64,000 bases of DNA from Candidatus Eiseniibacteriota bacterium (lineage in GTDB: Bacteria; Eisenbacteria; RBG-16-71-46): contig CAVQXP010000002.1 of NCBI GenBank assembly GCA_963717935.1, positions 1-64,000 on the forward strand. Reading direction: 5' to 3'. How positions within the stretch are numbered: the stretch's first letter is position 1; the number at the start of each line of letters is the position of its first letter. Shown piece after piece: positions 54,964 through 64,000 of this stretch. Below the pieces are notes generated by a model. It was not told where the DNA came from. It ran no database searches and was given only the letters and a program-made list of their open reading frames with translations. A program made the position numbers and the translations under genes.

Positions 54964-55425
54964 ATGAAGAAGCACAGCTTGCTCGTCATCGTGGCAGTGC
55001 TGCTCGCTCTCGCCGCGGGTTCCGCGTACGCCGCGCCCCACGGGCCGGGCGACAATGGCCTGGGATACACGGTCGGGGGGATCTTCGAGTCGGCGCCCGA
55101 TGCTGACGGGGACGGCATCCCCAACGGGCAGGATCTCGATTACCAGCCGCCCCTGGACGGCAGCGGCTCGCAGTTCGGTCCGCGGGTGAGCGCGTTCGAC
55201 AGCCCCGGGCTGGAGACGCCGATTCGCTCGAACTACTGGTTCCGCTACATGTGGATGGGTGGACTCGGCCCCTTCATGAACGGCCTGTTGGGCAACAGCT
55301 ACGGTCCCGGCGACGGCACGGGCTTCAACGGCGACGGACCGGGCGACGGCACCGGCTACGGCCCCGGCGACGCCATGGGCGAGTGCGACGGCACGCTCGT
55401 TCGCGAGAGATTCCAGCGGCCGTAG
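54964..55425 (+). CDS. Small secreted Gly/Asp-rich protein, copy 1
   Basis: AGGAGG RBS, signal ending AYA, DADGDGIPNGQD, GPGDGTG repeats. Confidence 0.85.
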   Translation: MKKHSLLVIVAVLLALAAGSAYAAPHGPGDNGLGYTVGGIFESAPDADGDGIPNGQDLDYQPPLDGSGSQFGPRVSAFDSPGLETPIRSNYWFRYMWMGGLGPFMNGLLGNSYGPGDGTGFNGDGPGDGTGYGPGDAMGECDGTLVRERFQRP

Positions 55426-55849
55426 CAGCAGGCATCGCAGCAACCGGTCCCGGACGCGGCCGGGGTCCTCGTGACCCGGCCGCGTTCTTCATGGCGCGGG
55501 GTTCATCCCGGCCGGAGGAAGAGGAGCGCGGGATCGTTCGGGCTCGACCCGACGGCATCGTCCCCTCGAGGTGCGGCCGCGAATCCCACGACCGTCACAT
55601 GCTCGACGATCACATCGGTGGGCAGGTGCCGGTGTCCCGGGCGGGACGGCCCCGTACCCCGCGGGACATCCGAGCCTGGACGGTTCCGGGCGACGGCAGC
55701 GGCGCTCGCGCAGGAATCCCCAGTTTCCGCGCCCATCCTGTGCAGAACGCGGCGGACGCAGGGACGAATTGCCCCGGTGACGCACGTTTCGCCGTCCGTG
55801 CGGGTCTCGATGTCAGCGTCCGCTGACCCACCGCCATTCCGATGACTTC

Positions 55850-55865
55850 TGGCATGCCGCGTGCA
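55850..55865 (+). promoter_or_regulatory. Sigma54 -24/-12 promoter, copy 2
   Basis: TGGCATGCCGCGTGCA = GG-N10-GC. Confidence 0.65.
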
Positions 55866-55938
55866 GCCACAGCCGGGCGCCCTGGTGTGGTCCAGGGGAG
55901 ACCGGATGTCTTACGCATCATCTCGAGGAGGTCCACAG

Positions 55939-56388
55939 ATGAAGAAGTCCAGCTCGGTCGTCATCCTGGCAGTGCTGCTCGCTCTGGCCGCAGGTTCCGC
56001 GCACGCTGCGCCCTACGCGACGGGCGACGATGGCCTGGGATACATGATCGGAGGGGATTGCGACTCGGCGCCCGACGCCGATGGTGACGGCATCCCCAAC
56101 GGGCAGGATTCCGATTACCTGCCGCCCCTGGATGGCTCCGGCTCGCAGTTCGGCACGCTCAGCGCGGTCGCGCTGGATACGCCGATTCGTTCGCACCACT
56201 GGTTCCGCTACATGTGGATGGGTGGACTCGGGCCCATGGTGAGCACCCTGTTGAGCACCGGTTACGGACCCGGCGACGGCTTGGGCTTCGACGGCGACGG
56301 GCCGGCCGACGGCACCGGCTACGGGCCCGGCGACTGCACGGGCGACTGCGACGGCACGTTCGACCGCGACCGGCTTCACTGGCAGTAG
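55939..56388 (+). CDS. Small secreted Gly/Asp-rich protein, copy 2
   Basis: Paralogue of 54964-55425; shares WFRYMWMGGLGP and DADGDGIPNGQD. Confidence 0.85.
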   Translation: MKKSSSVVILAVLLALAAGSAHAAPYATGDDGLGYMIGGDCDSAPDADGDGIPNGQDSDYLPPLDGSGSQFGTLSAVALDTPIRSHHWFRYMWMGGLGPMVSTLLSTGYGPGDGLGFDGDGPADGTGYGPGDCTGDCDGTFDRDRLHWQ

Positions 56389-56517
56389 CAGCGAACATCG
56401 TACCGACCGCTTCCAAGCGCGGCCGGGTCCTCGTGACCCGGCCGCGTCCTTCATGGCACAGGGCTCACCCCGGGAGTGAGCCCCGTCCCCCGGGGCCGCC
56501 GGGCCCGGGCCGGCCGT

Positions 56518-56955
56518 TCAGGCCAGCAGCTTCTGCGTCCGCCCGAACAAGGCGTAGCGCCCGGGGCCGGTGAGCAGCAGGACGACGGCGACGACGGCGA
56601 GCAGCAGGGCGTACTCGTAGCCCTGGCCGCGGCCTCCGGCAGCGCCCCCGTTCATGAAGAACCCGCTCGCCCAGTGCAGCTTGACGATGGCGACCACCAT
56701 CGCGACGGCGAAGCCCAGCGCGGCGAGGCGGCTCAGCACGCCGAAGGCGATGGCGATGCCGCCGAAGAACTCGACGGCGATCACGAGCCAGGCCATCGAG
56801 GCCGGCAGGCCGAGCGTGCCGACCAGGCGCACGAACCCCTGCGGTCCGTGGCCGCCGAAGAGCCCGAGGAGCTTCTGCGCCCCGTGCGCCCACATGATGG
56901 CGCCCAGCGCCAGCCGGAGAAGGAGCAGCGCGAGATCGTTGAAGCTCGACTTCAT
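56518..56955 (-). CDS. DoxX family membrane protein
   Basis: LLLRLALG...HGAQKL.G.FGG.G, EFFGG, GYEY, GPGRYAL. Confidence 0.92.
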   Translation of the reverse strand: MKSSFNDLALLLLRLALGAIMWAHGAQKLLGLFGGHGPQGFVRLVGTLGLPASMAWLVIAVEFFGGIAIAFGVLSRLAALGFAVAMVVAIVKLHWASGFFMNGGAAGGRGQGYEYALLLAVVAVVLLLTGPGRYALFGRTQKLLA

Positions 56956-57116
56956 GGCATCGTCCCCCCAGGGTCCGTCCTCAGGTCGCGAGTCGCGAAA
57001 CGCCGCGCAGGATAGCACCGCCCGGCAGGTTGCCGGAACGCACGCTGCGTGCTATCGCTTCCGCGGTGCGTCGGCCGTCGGCGCCACGGAGCCACTTCCT
57101 GCCAGCGAGGGTCCCG

Positions 57117-57731
57117 ATGTTCTCCCTCTTCCCCAAGGACGAGAACTTCTTCGAGTTGTTCCGGCGCCAGGCGGTGCTCGTGCGCGCGGGCAGCGACCAA
57201 CTGGACGAGATGGTGCAGAAGTTCGACCGGCTCGAGGAGCGCTCCCGGGCCCTCAAGGACATCGAGCACCAGGGCGATCTGATCGCGCACGAGCTGTTCG
57301 AGCGCCTGAACCGCACCTTCATCACCCCGCTCGACCGTGAGGACATCCACGGCCTGGCGAGCGGCCTCGACGACGTGCTGGACGCGGTCGAGGCGATCGC
57401 CAGCCGCATCGTGCTCTTCAAGATCACGAACACGACGCCCCAGGCCCAGCAGCTCACGCGGATCGTGGCCGAGTGCGGGGTGCAGATCGAGCAGGCGGTC
57501 GGGCACCTCAAGGACTTCAAGGGTCTGATGTCCTTCACGATCGAGATCAACCGGCTGGAGAACGAGGCCGACGGGCTCTCGCGCCAGGCCGTGGCGGACC
57601 TCTTCAACGGCCAGCACGACTTCCTCGACGTGATCCGCTGGAAGGAGATCTACGGTCGTCTCGAGAACGCCACGGACCAGTGCGAGGACGTGGCCAACGT
57701 GATCGAGTCCATCGTCCTCAAGAGCCGCTGA
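57117..57731 (+). CDS. DUF47 phosphate transport regulator (PhoU-like)
   Basis: FPKDENFFELF, EHQGD, FITPLDREDI, ENEAD, LENATDQCEDVA. Confidence 0.92.
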   Translation: MFSLFPKDENFFELFRRQAVLVRAGSDQLDEMVQKFDRLEERSRALKDIEHQGDLIAHELFERLNRTFITPLDREDIHGLASGLDDVLDAVEAIASRIVLFKITNTTPQAQQLTRIVAECGVQIEQAVGHLKDFKGLMSFTIEINRLENEADGLSRQAVADLFNGQHDFLDVIRWKEIYGRLENATDQCEDVANVIESIVLKSR

Positions 57732-57733
57732 GC

Positions 57734-58741
57734 ATGGACCTGCCGCTGAGCGTGATCGCGATCATCCTGATCGCGCTGGCCTTCGACTTCAGCAACGGCT
57801 TCCACGACGCCGCCAACTCCATCGCCACCGTGGTGAGCACCCGCGTGCTGTCGCCGCGCCTGGCCGTGATGTGGGCGGCGTTCTTCAACTTTGCAGCATT
57901 CCTGGTCTTCGGGGTCCACGTCGCGAAGACCATCGGCAAGGGGGTGGTGGACCCCGCGATCGTGACCCCGCCCATCATCCTGGCCGCGGTGCTGGGGGCG
58001 CTGTTCTGGAACCTCATCACCTGGTGGATCGGTCTGCCGACGTCCTCCTCCCACGCGCTCATCGGGGGGCTGGCGGGCGCGGCGCTGGTCTCGTCGGGTC
58101 CGCAGTCGGTGATGGTCGGGGGGCTGATCAAGATCGCCCAGTTCATCGTGCTCGCGCCGCTGATCGGGCTGGTGGCCGGCTTCGGGATCATGGTGGCCGT
58201 GATGTGGGGGTTCCGGCGGGCCACGCCGCGCGGGGTGGACGGGCTGTTCCGGCGCCTGCAGCTCGTCTCGGCCGCGGCCTACAGCCTGGGGCACGGGGGC
58301 AACGACGCGCAGAAGACCATGGGCATCATCACCGCCCTGCTCTACTCGACCGGGCAGCTCCACGGCGAGTTCCACGTGCCGCTGTGGGTGGTGCTCATCA
58401 GCCACGGGGCGATCGCCGCGGGCACGATGTTCGGCGGCTGGCGGATCGTGAAGACCATGGGCATGAACATCACCAAGCTGAAGCCGGTGGGCGGCTTCTG
58501 CGCCGAGACCGCGGGGGCGCTCACCCTGTTCGGCGCGACCGCGGCGGGGATCCCGGTCTCCACCACCCACACCATCACCGGCGCGATCGTCGGCGTGGGG
58601 GTCAGCTCCACCGGACGCCTCTCCGCCGTGAAGTGGGGCGTGGCCGGGCGCATCGTCTGGGCCTGGGTCCTGACCATGCCGGCGGCGGCGCTCATCGCGG
58701 CCGCCGCCTGGTTCGTCGCGCACGCGCTCGGGATGAGGTAG
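57734..58741 (+). CDS. pit: Inorganic phosphate transporter, PiT family
   Basis: NGFHDAANSIATVV, PTSSSHALIGG, HGGNDAQKTMG, PVSTTH. Confidence 0.95.
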   Translation: MDLPLSVIAIILIALAFDFSNGFHDAANSIATVVSTRVLSPRLAVMWAAFFNFAAFLVFGVHVAKTIGKGVVDPAIVTPPIILAAVLGALFWNLITWWIGLPTSSSHALIGGLAGAALVSSGPQSVMVGGLIKIAQFIVLAPLIGLVAGFGIMVAVMWGFRRATPRGVDGLFRRLQLVSAAAYSLGHGGNDAQKTMGIITALLYSTGQLHGEFHVPLWVVLISHGAIAAGTMFGGWRIVKTMGMNITKLKPVGGFCAETAGALTLFGATAAGIPVSTTHTITGAIVGVGVSSTGRLSAVKWGVAGRIVWAWVLTMPAAALIAAAAWFVAHALGMR

Positions 58742-58826
58742 CCGCCCGCCCTGCCCGGATCGCGGGCGGCCCGCCTCGTGCGAGGCGGGCCGTCGTCGTG
58801 CCGTGCCGATCGTGCCGTGGCGGGGC

Positions 58827-59729
58827 TCACCGCTTCGGGGGCTTGGCGAAGCCCAGTTCGCCGCGCTCGCGGTCCCGCAGCCGGTCTCCGTCCAGAGCGA
58901 TGCCCAGCGCCCGCAGGCTCGAAGCGTACTCGTAACGGAAGACCAGGTGGTCGCCCGGCGTCGCGGCGGCCACGAACGAGGTCTCGCGCACCGGGTCCCG
59001 CCGCCGCTCGCCCCAGCCCGTGCCGGGGTAGGCGTCGCTCTGCGGAGCACCGGCCAGGTCCCTGGCGAGGGACTCCTCCGCCGTGCGTGGCGCGTTCGCC
59101 TCTCCCTTCCGCATCCGGTCGGCGCCGGGCGCGGGGGCCTCGGTCGCCTGGGGCTTCGCGTCGCCGAGCAGACGCTTGATCTCGCCCCGGCCGAACCGCG
59201 CCACGGGGTGGCGCTCCTCGAAGGCCAGCACGCGGATCCAGCCCATGTCGCCGTTCGCCTGCCCGGTGCGCTCGGCGTAGGAGCGCTCCTCGTCCACGAA
59301 GACGAACTGCCGCACCTGCTCGAGCGAGGTGCGCCAGCCGCGGATGGTGGCCGTCTCCCACGGGCCGAGCACGTACATGGATTCGTTGCGCCGCAGGCTC
59401 GAGCGCTCGCCGTTCACGACGTTCAGTCCGTCCACCGAGATGAGCACGCCCACGCGCCGGCCGGTGCGGTTGTGGACGCGCAGTGCGTAGTTCCGGCCGC
59501 GCAGCGCCTGGAAGTAGCGGCGGTCCCAGCGGCCCGGGGCGAAGTAGAGCGGCGCGCTACGGCCCTCGACCAGCACCTGCACGTCCACCAGGTTGCCGTT
59601 CGCCGCGCGGTCCCAGCGGCTGCCGTCGGAGTCATCGTAGCGGGTGGCGCGGGCCGGAGCGGGGCTCAGCACGAGGGCGAGCACGGCGCAGGCCGCGAGA
59701 CTGCGGATCAGGTTCCAGTGGGTGTGCAT
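58827..59729 (-). CDS. Hypothetical secreted protein
   Basis: GAGGAG RBS, signal ending ARA; NRTGRRVGVLISVDGLNVVNGE, IRGWRTS, GTGWGE, GFAKPP. Confidence 0.8.
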   Translation of the reverse strand: MHTHWNLIRSLAACAVLALVLSPAPARATRYDDSDGSRWDRAANGNLVDVQVLVEGRSAPLYFAPGRWDRRYFQALRGRNYALRVHNRTGRRVGVLISVDGLNVVNGERSSLRRNESMYVLGPWETATIRGWRTSLEQVRQFVFVDEERSYAERTGQANGDMGWIRVLAFEERHPVARFGRGEIKRLLGDAKPQATEAPAPGADRMRKGEANAPRTAEESLARDLAGAPQSDAYPGTGWGERRRDPVRETSFVAAATPGDHLVFRYEYASSLRALGIALDGDRLRDRERGELGFAKPPKR

Positions 59730-59781
59730 GGCGCTCCTCCTCGGTGGTGGGTCGTTGTGCTCCTGCGCTTCCTGCACCGGG

Positions 59782-59806
59782 TACGCCGGGGGAGGAGGCG
59801 TATTCC
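59782..59806 (-). promoter_or_regulatory. Possible ECF-sigma promoter
   Basis: GGAAT-N16-CGTA about 50 nt upstream of the ATG at 59729. Confidence 0.4.
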
Positions 59807-60066
59807 CGGGGGGCGGGGCGGAGTCACGGCAGTGCGCCTTGCACGGTCCCCGGAACCCGTTCGGCGGCACGTACCTGAGTCCGGTCGGTCGGGCTGGTCC
59901 CAAGGGATGAGCCCGGGAGCGCGTGCAGGGCTGGACCGGCCGCGGACGCGGCTGATAGCATTAGAGGCAACCACGGGCTTCCCACTGATCTTCAGAGGAC
60001 GGCCGACGAAGCCCGGGACTCTCTCCGGTGCGCCCCCTCGGTGTCTCCGGAACCTGTGGAGAACCG

Positions 60067-62193
60067 ATGCCCCCGACACGACTCTCCGGCCCGGCGTGCA
60101 TCGCCGTAGCCTGTGCTCTCGCCTTCTGCTCCGCAGCGCCCACCCCGGCCGGCGCCGTGATCCCCAACGGCCGCCTGCAGATCATCCATCTGGACGTCGG
60201 GCAGGGCGATGGCGCCGTCATCATCTCCCCGCTGGGTGAGGTGGCGATGATCGACAACGGCGTTTACACCAATCCGACGCCCGCCTGCGGGGTGAAGGTG
60301 CTCGCCCAGCTCCAGGCGCTGGGCGTGACGCACGTGGACCACCACTTCGCCAGCCACTACCACTCGGACCACATCGGGCTCATGCCCACGATCTTCGGCA
60401 CCGGTGGCGTGACGCTCGACTATGGCTGGGACCGGGGCGGGTCCTACACGACCGCCACGTACACGAACTACGTGAACACGCTGGGTGCGAGGCGTCGCAC
60501 GATGGTCAAGGACCAGATCGTCACGCTCGATTCGCTCTCGGCGCATCCGGTCACGATCAAGTGCGTGAATCTGAACGGCGCGGGGGTCTCGACGACCGAC
60601 GAGAACACGCTGAGCATGGTGCTCAAGATCAGCTACGGTGAGTTCGACGCCGTGTTCGGCGGCGACATCGGCGGCTACAATTCCGGCGACTACAGGGACA
60701 TCGAGAGCATCGTCGGGCCGCAGGTCGGGCCGGTCGAGGTCCTCAAGGTGCACCACCACGGCTCGGCGACCTCCACCAACCCGACCTGGCTCAGCACCAT
60801 CCAGCCCAAGATCGGGGTGATCTCCGTGGGCAACAACTCCTACGGCCATCCGACCGCGGCGGCACTGGGACGCCTGCACACCGCTCTGGTCAAGACCTAC
60901 TGGACCGAGCTCGGGGACGGCGTCGCGCCCCTGGCCGGATGGGACAAGGTCTCCAACAACCAGGTCATCATCTCCGCGACCTGGCAACCGGCCGGCGTGG
61001 ACACCGTGCGCGGCACGGGCTTCGCGGACACCTTCACGAACTCCGGCACCGCGCTCGACGTCACGGCCCCGGCGGTGGCGGTGACCTCGCCCGACGGCGG
61101 CGAGGTCTGGAAGGTGGGCTCGACGCACGCGGTCACCTGGAGCGCCACGGACGCCGTGGGGGTGACGAGCGTGGACCTGGCCTACTCGACCGACGGCGGG
61201 GCCACCTTCCCCAACGCCATCGCCACCGGCATCGCCAACAGCGGTTCGTGGTGGTGGACCGTGCCCAACACGCCGACCGCCGCCGCGCGCGTGCGGGTCC
61301 TCGCCCGTGACGCCGCGGGCAACCTGGGCCGCGACTCGAGCGCGGCGAACTTCACGCTCGACCGCTGGAGCATCGTGGCCTCCGCGGGCGCGGGCGGGAG
61401 CGTCACGCCGGCCGGCACCGTGTACGTGGTCGAGGGCGCGAGCCAGGGCTTCAGCATCGCCCCGGTCGTCGGCTACCAGATCGCCGACGTGCGGGTGGAC
61501 GCGGTCTCGGTGGGCGCGGTCGCGAGCTACACCTTCAGCAACGTCGTGGCGAACCACACCCTTGCCGCCACGTTCGCGGACGCCTCGGCGCCCACGGTGT
61601 TCCTGACCTCGCCGGTCGGTGGCGAAACCTGGGAGCTGGGCGCGCTGTACACCATCCGCTGGACCGCGAGCGACAACACCGGGGTGGACTCGGTGGACGT
61701 GGACTACTCGGTGACCGGGCTGGCGGGCCCGTGGCTGCCGATCGCGCACGGGCTCGACAACTCGGGCTCCTACGCCTGGACCGTGACGGGCCCGGCGAGC
61801 GACAGCGCACTGGTGCGGGTGACGGCGTACGACGCGGAGCGGAACGCCGGGAACGCGGCGAGCGACAGCCTGTTCCACCTCGTCGATTCGACGGCCGGCG
61901 TGTGGGGGGGTGGCCCGGGGATGCTGGCGCTCGCGCGTCCGCAGCCGAACCCCAGCCAGGGCACGACGCTGCTGCGCTTCTCGCTGCCGGCGATGGGGCA
62001 CGCGCGGCTGGAGATCGTGGACATCTCCGGGCGGCGCCTGGGGATCTTCGAGGGTGAGTTCTCCGCCGGTCCGCAGACGTGGCGCTGGGATGGGCGCAGC
62101 CTGGACGGCGAGGCCTCGGGAGCCGGGCTCTACTTCGTGCGCCTGGTCACGCCCTGGGGCAACCGCACCGAGCGGCTCGTGCGGCTGCGGTAG
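60067..62193 (+). CDS. Secreted ComEC-like metallo-beta-lactamase-fold hydrolase with Ig-like repeats and C-terminal FlgD-Ig domain
   Basis: [24 protein letters not shown]; two SPxGGExW...W.VP-type domains; PNP...WDGRS..G...GAGLYFVRL tail. Confidence 0.85.
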   Translation: MPPTRLSGPACIAVACALAFCSAAPTPAGAVIPNGRLQIIHLDVGQGDGAVIISPLGEVAMIDNGVYTNPTPACGVKVLAQLQALGVTHVDHHFASHYHSDHIGLMPTIFGTGGVTLDYGWDRGGSYTTATYTNYVNTLGARRRTMVKDQIVTLDSLSAHPVTIKCVNLNGAGVSTTDENTLSMVLKISYGEFDAVFGGDIGGYNSGDYRDIESIVGPQVGPVEVLKVHHHGSATSTNPTWLSTIQPKIGVISVGNNSYGHPTAAALGRLHTALVKTYWTELGDGVAPLAGWDKVSNNQVIISATWQPAGVDTVRGTGFADTFTNSGTALDVTAPAVAVTSPDGGEVWKVGSTHAVTWSATDAVGVTSVDLAYSTDGGATFPNAIATGIANSGSWWWTVPNTPTAAARVRVLARDAAGNLGRDSSAANFTLDRWSIVASAGAGGSVTPAGTVYVVEGASQGFSIAPVVGYQIADVRVDAVSVGAVASYTFSNVVANHTLAATFADASAPTVFLTSPVGGETWELGALYTIRWTASDNTGVDSVDVDYSVTGLAGPWLPIAHGLDNSGSYAWTVTGPASDSALVRVTAYDAERNAGNAASDSLFHLVDSTAGVWGGGPGMLALARPQPNPSQGTTLLRFSLPAMGHARLEIVDISGRRLGIFEGEFSAGPQTWRWDGRSLDGEASGAGLYFVRLVTPWGNRTERLVRLR

Positions 62194-62248
62194 TACGCGG
62201 CGGGCGGCGCGCTGGCAGGACCGGCGCGCCGCCTGCTAGCCTGCGGAC

Positions 62249-63160
62249 ATGGTTCGGGTCGCGACCGTGCTCCCAGCCGCCCTGGCCGTGGCGGCCAGTC
62301 TCGCCGGCCTCCCCGCGCAGGCCCAGGTCCACTCCGAGTTTCCCGCGCTGACGCGGCCGTTCACCTGCGAGTCCTTCTCCACGCAGCCGGACGACCTGCG
62401 CGCCCGGCTGGCGGACCGCGGGTTCACCGTGGAGGCCGCGGCACTGAGGCTCTCGCGGGGCGGGCGCTGCGGAGGCGCGAACGCGGAGGTGTCGCGCGGC
62501 GATGCGGGCGGCCGGCTCGCGCTCCAGTACCGCCACGGCCGCCACGCCGTCACCGCCGAGTTCAGCGAGGACGGTCCGCGGGGCAGCGAGCCGCGCGAGT
62601 ACCCGGTGCGCGTCGCGGGAAGCGGCGTGTGGCCCGAGGCGCGCGTCTTCGCCGCGCTCGTCGCCGGCTTCGACGCGGACGGTCACGCGGGCACGGACCT
62701 CGCTCTCGAGGCCGCGCCGCTGGTCTCGGGCCTGCCCGCGCCGAGCCGCTTCCCGGTCGACTGCCGGCCCCGCCTCGTCACCCGGGCGCGGCTGCGGCTG
62801 CCGGCGCGCGGCGGCGGCGCGAGCCTGGCACCCGCGGCCGCCGTCGTCCTCGATCACCTGCCGGGCCTGGCCTCGAGCCTCGTGCTGGCGCCCTCGGTCC
62901 AGAGCGAGTGGCGCGCGGGCGCGGCGCCGGTGAGCGTGCTGCTCGCGCAGGCGGCCTGGTCGGCCGGGCCGTGGCCGCTCGGAGGCGACGCCGGCGTCGT
63001 CCGCCGCGGCTCGCGGCGGCCTGCGCACCGGCTGGTGGGCCTGTTCCTGCACGCGGGCTACGCCTGGCCGCTCGACGAACGCTCGCCCGCCCGTTTCGTG
63101 CTCGGCGTGGGCACGGACCTCGATGTCGTCCTGAGGAGCGCATGGCCAACCTCAGGGTGA
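62249..63160 (+). CDS. Hypothetical secreted protein (probably leaderless)
   Basis: TAGCCT-N6-ATG; signal ending AQA; GC-biased codon usage. Confidence 0.6.
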   Translation: MVRVATVLPAALAVAASLAGLPAQAQVHSEFPALTRPFTCESFSTQPDDLRARLADRGFTVEAAALRLSRGGRCGGANAEVSRGDAGGRLALQYRHGRHAVTAEFSEDGPRGSEPREYPVRVAGSGVWPEARVFAALVAGFDADGHAGTDLALEAAPLVSGLPAPSRFPVDCRPRLVTRARLRLPARGGGASLAPAAAVVLDHLPGLASSLVLAPSVQSEWRAGAAPVSVLLAQAAWSAGPWPLGGDAGVVRRGSRRPAHRLVGLFLHAGYAWPLDERSPARFVLGVGTDLDVVLRSAWPTSG

Positions 63161-64000
63161 TCGCCGCGCAGCGCGCCCGGGCGCGCGAGGCGCTCTGGGA
63201 ATGGACGGAGCGCCCGCTCACGCTGCGCCGCCGTGTCTACTTCGTCCCGGGCTTCACGGACGAGGACGGGCTCTCGTGCTGGGGTGAGGCCGGGAGTGGC
63301 GCGCTGTGCCTCGCGAGCCAGCTGCCCGAGGTCTGTGGCAACCCGGGCCTCGCCACCTTCGTGAGCTTCGAGGCGGACGGCGCGCCACCGCGCTACGAGG
63401 ACTTCATCCGCTTCGGCGCGCACCTGGCGCGGCTCGTGGAGCAGGACCGCGCCGCGGCCGGGTCCGCGGGCGGCGATGCGGAGGTGGACCTCGTCTGCCA
63501 CAGCATGGGCGGGCTCGATGCGCTGGCCGCCATCGCCCTGCTCGACGACTACCCCGAACTCGACGCGCCGCCGCTCCAGGGCGTGCGCAACGTCATCACC
63601 TTCGACACGCCCTTCCTCGGCTTCGCCGCGGCGGACAATCCGCTCTTCGTCAAGCTCAAGCGCATGCAGCGGCCGGACGAGCCCTGGCTGACCTCCCAGC
63701 TCCTCGCGATGGAGACCCGCTCGCTGCGCATCGCCGAGGTGGTCCAGGCGCGCGACGAGTTCCTGTCGCGGGTGCGGGCGTTCTGGCCGCGCGGGGCGGA
63801 CAACACCGGCGGGCTGATCGAGGTGCCGCACGAGAGCGCCTCGTTCGGTGAGCCGGAGGAGTTCGCCCGGGCGAACCGGGAGCGCTACCGTGGCTACCGC
63901 GCCTGGGAGGACACCAGCCATTCGGGCGCGAAGGGGCTCACCCGGGACCCCCGCGCCATCGTCGAGGCGCTGGAGATCCTGGCCGGGGACCGTCCGGGGG
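63142..64000 (+). CDS. Alpha/beta-fold hydrolase (lipase/PGAP1-like); runs off the right edge
   Basis: Manual translation after GAGGAG: MANLRVIAAQR...YFVPGF...VDLVCHSMGGL...VITFDTPFLG...TSHSG. Confidence 0.8.
   Translation, partial: MANLRVIAAQRARAREALWEWTERPLTLRRRVYFVPGFTDEDGLSCWGEAGSGALCLASQLPEVCGNPGLATFVSFEADGAPPRYEDFIRFGAHLARLVEQDRAAAGSAGGDAEVDLVCHSMGGLDALAAIALLDDYPELDAPPLQGVRNVITFDTPFLGFAAADNPLFVKLKRMQRPDEPWLTSQLLAMETRSLRIAEVVQARDEFLSRVRAFWPRGADNTGGLIEVPHESASFGEPEEFARANRERYRGYRAWEDTSHSGAKGLTRDPRAIVEALEILAGDRPG

Larger units (their letters stand above)
54652..55511 (+). repeat. Tandem duplication copy 1 (regulatory region, gene, hairpin)
   Basis: Aligns along its length with 55629-56473; offset about 975 bp. 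Confidence 0.9.
55629..56473 (+). repeat. Tandem duplication copy 2
   Basis: Homologous to 54652-55511, including the downstream GCGGCCGGG...CCCGGCCGC hairpin. Confidence 0.9.

Noticed and set aside
54964..56388. RiPP precursor peptides with repeated cores
   Set aside because: They have Sec signals and Ca-binding-like loops, and no modifying enzymes are adjacent.

Overview
This is a very GC-rich bacterial window. A C-terminal FlgD-Ig/T9SS-like tail and the general gene content suggest a Ca. Eisenbacteria/FCB-like organism (inference). From left to right: (1) the 5' part of a dicarboxylate/amino acid symporter, then a decayed accessory island (~715-5130) that starts at a tRNA-Lys 5' half broken exactly at the anticodon loop and holds two related lipoprotein genes, an IS3 without target duplication and an IS630 relic; (2) a TPR membrane glycosyltransferase; (3) a tungsten cluster with moeA, pruA, a split aldehyde oxidoreductase interleaved with and fused to a HydABC/BfuABC-type bifurcating module, a thiS/moaD-type carrier, tupABC and moeB, carrying two +1 C frameshifts that are probably sequencing errors; (4) ligA-polX and a long-form amrB; (5) an SsnA-like amidohydrolase divergent from a fused PreT-PreA dihydropyrimidine-dehydrogenase-like gene; (6) an apparently exported AmmeMemoRadiSam locus (Tat-signal amrS with an extra CxxCH, amrB, signal-bearing amrB-amrA, membrane spermidine-synthase-like gene); (7) a hybrid kinase with a sigma28-like promoter; (8) a ygeW/ygeY/carbamate kinase cluster resembling reductive purine catabolism, with non-canonical PLP enzymes and a second carbamoyltransferase; (9) a ~1 kb tandem duplication of a sigma54-driven small secreted Gly/Asp-rich protein; (10) DoxX, DUF47-pit, secreted proteins and a partial alpha/beta hydrolase. 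All calls come from motif reading only; no database searches were run.
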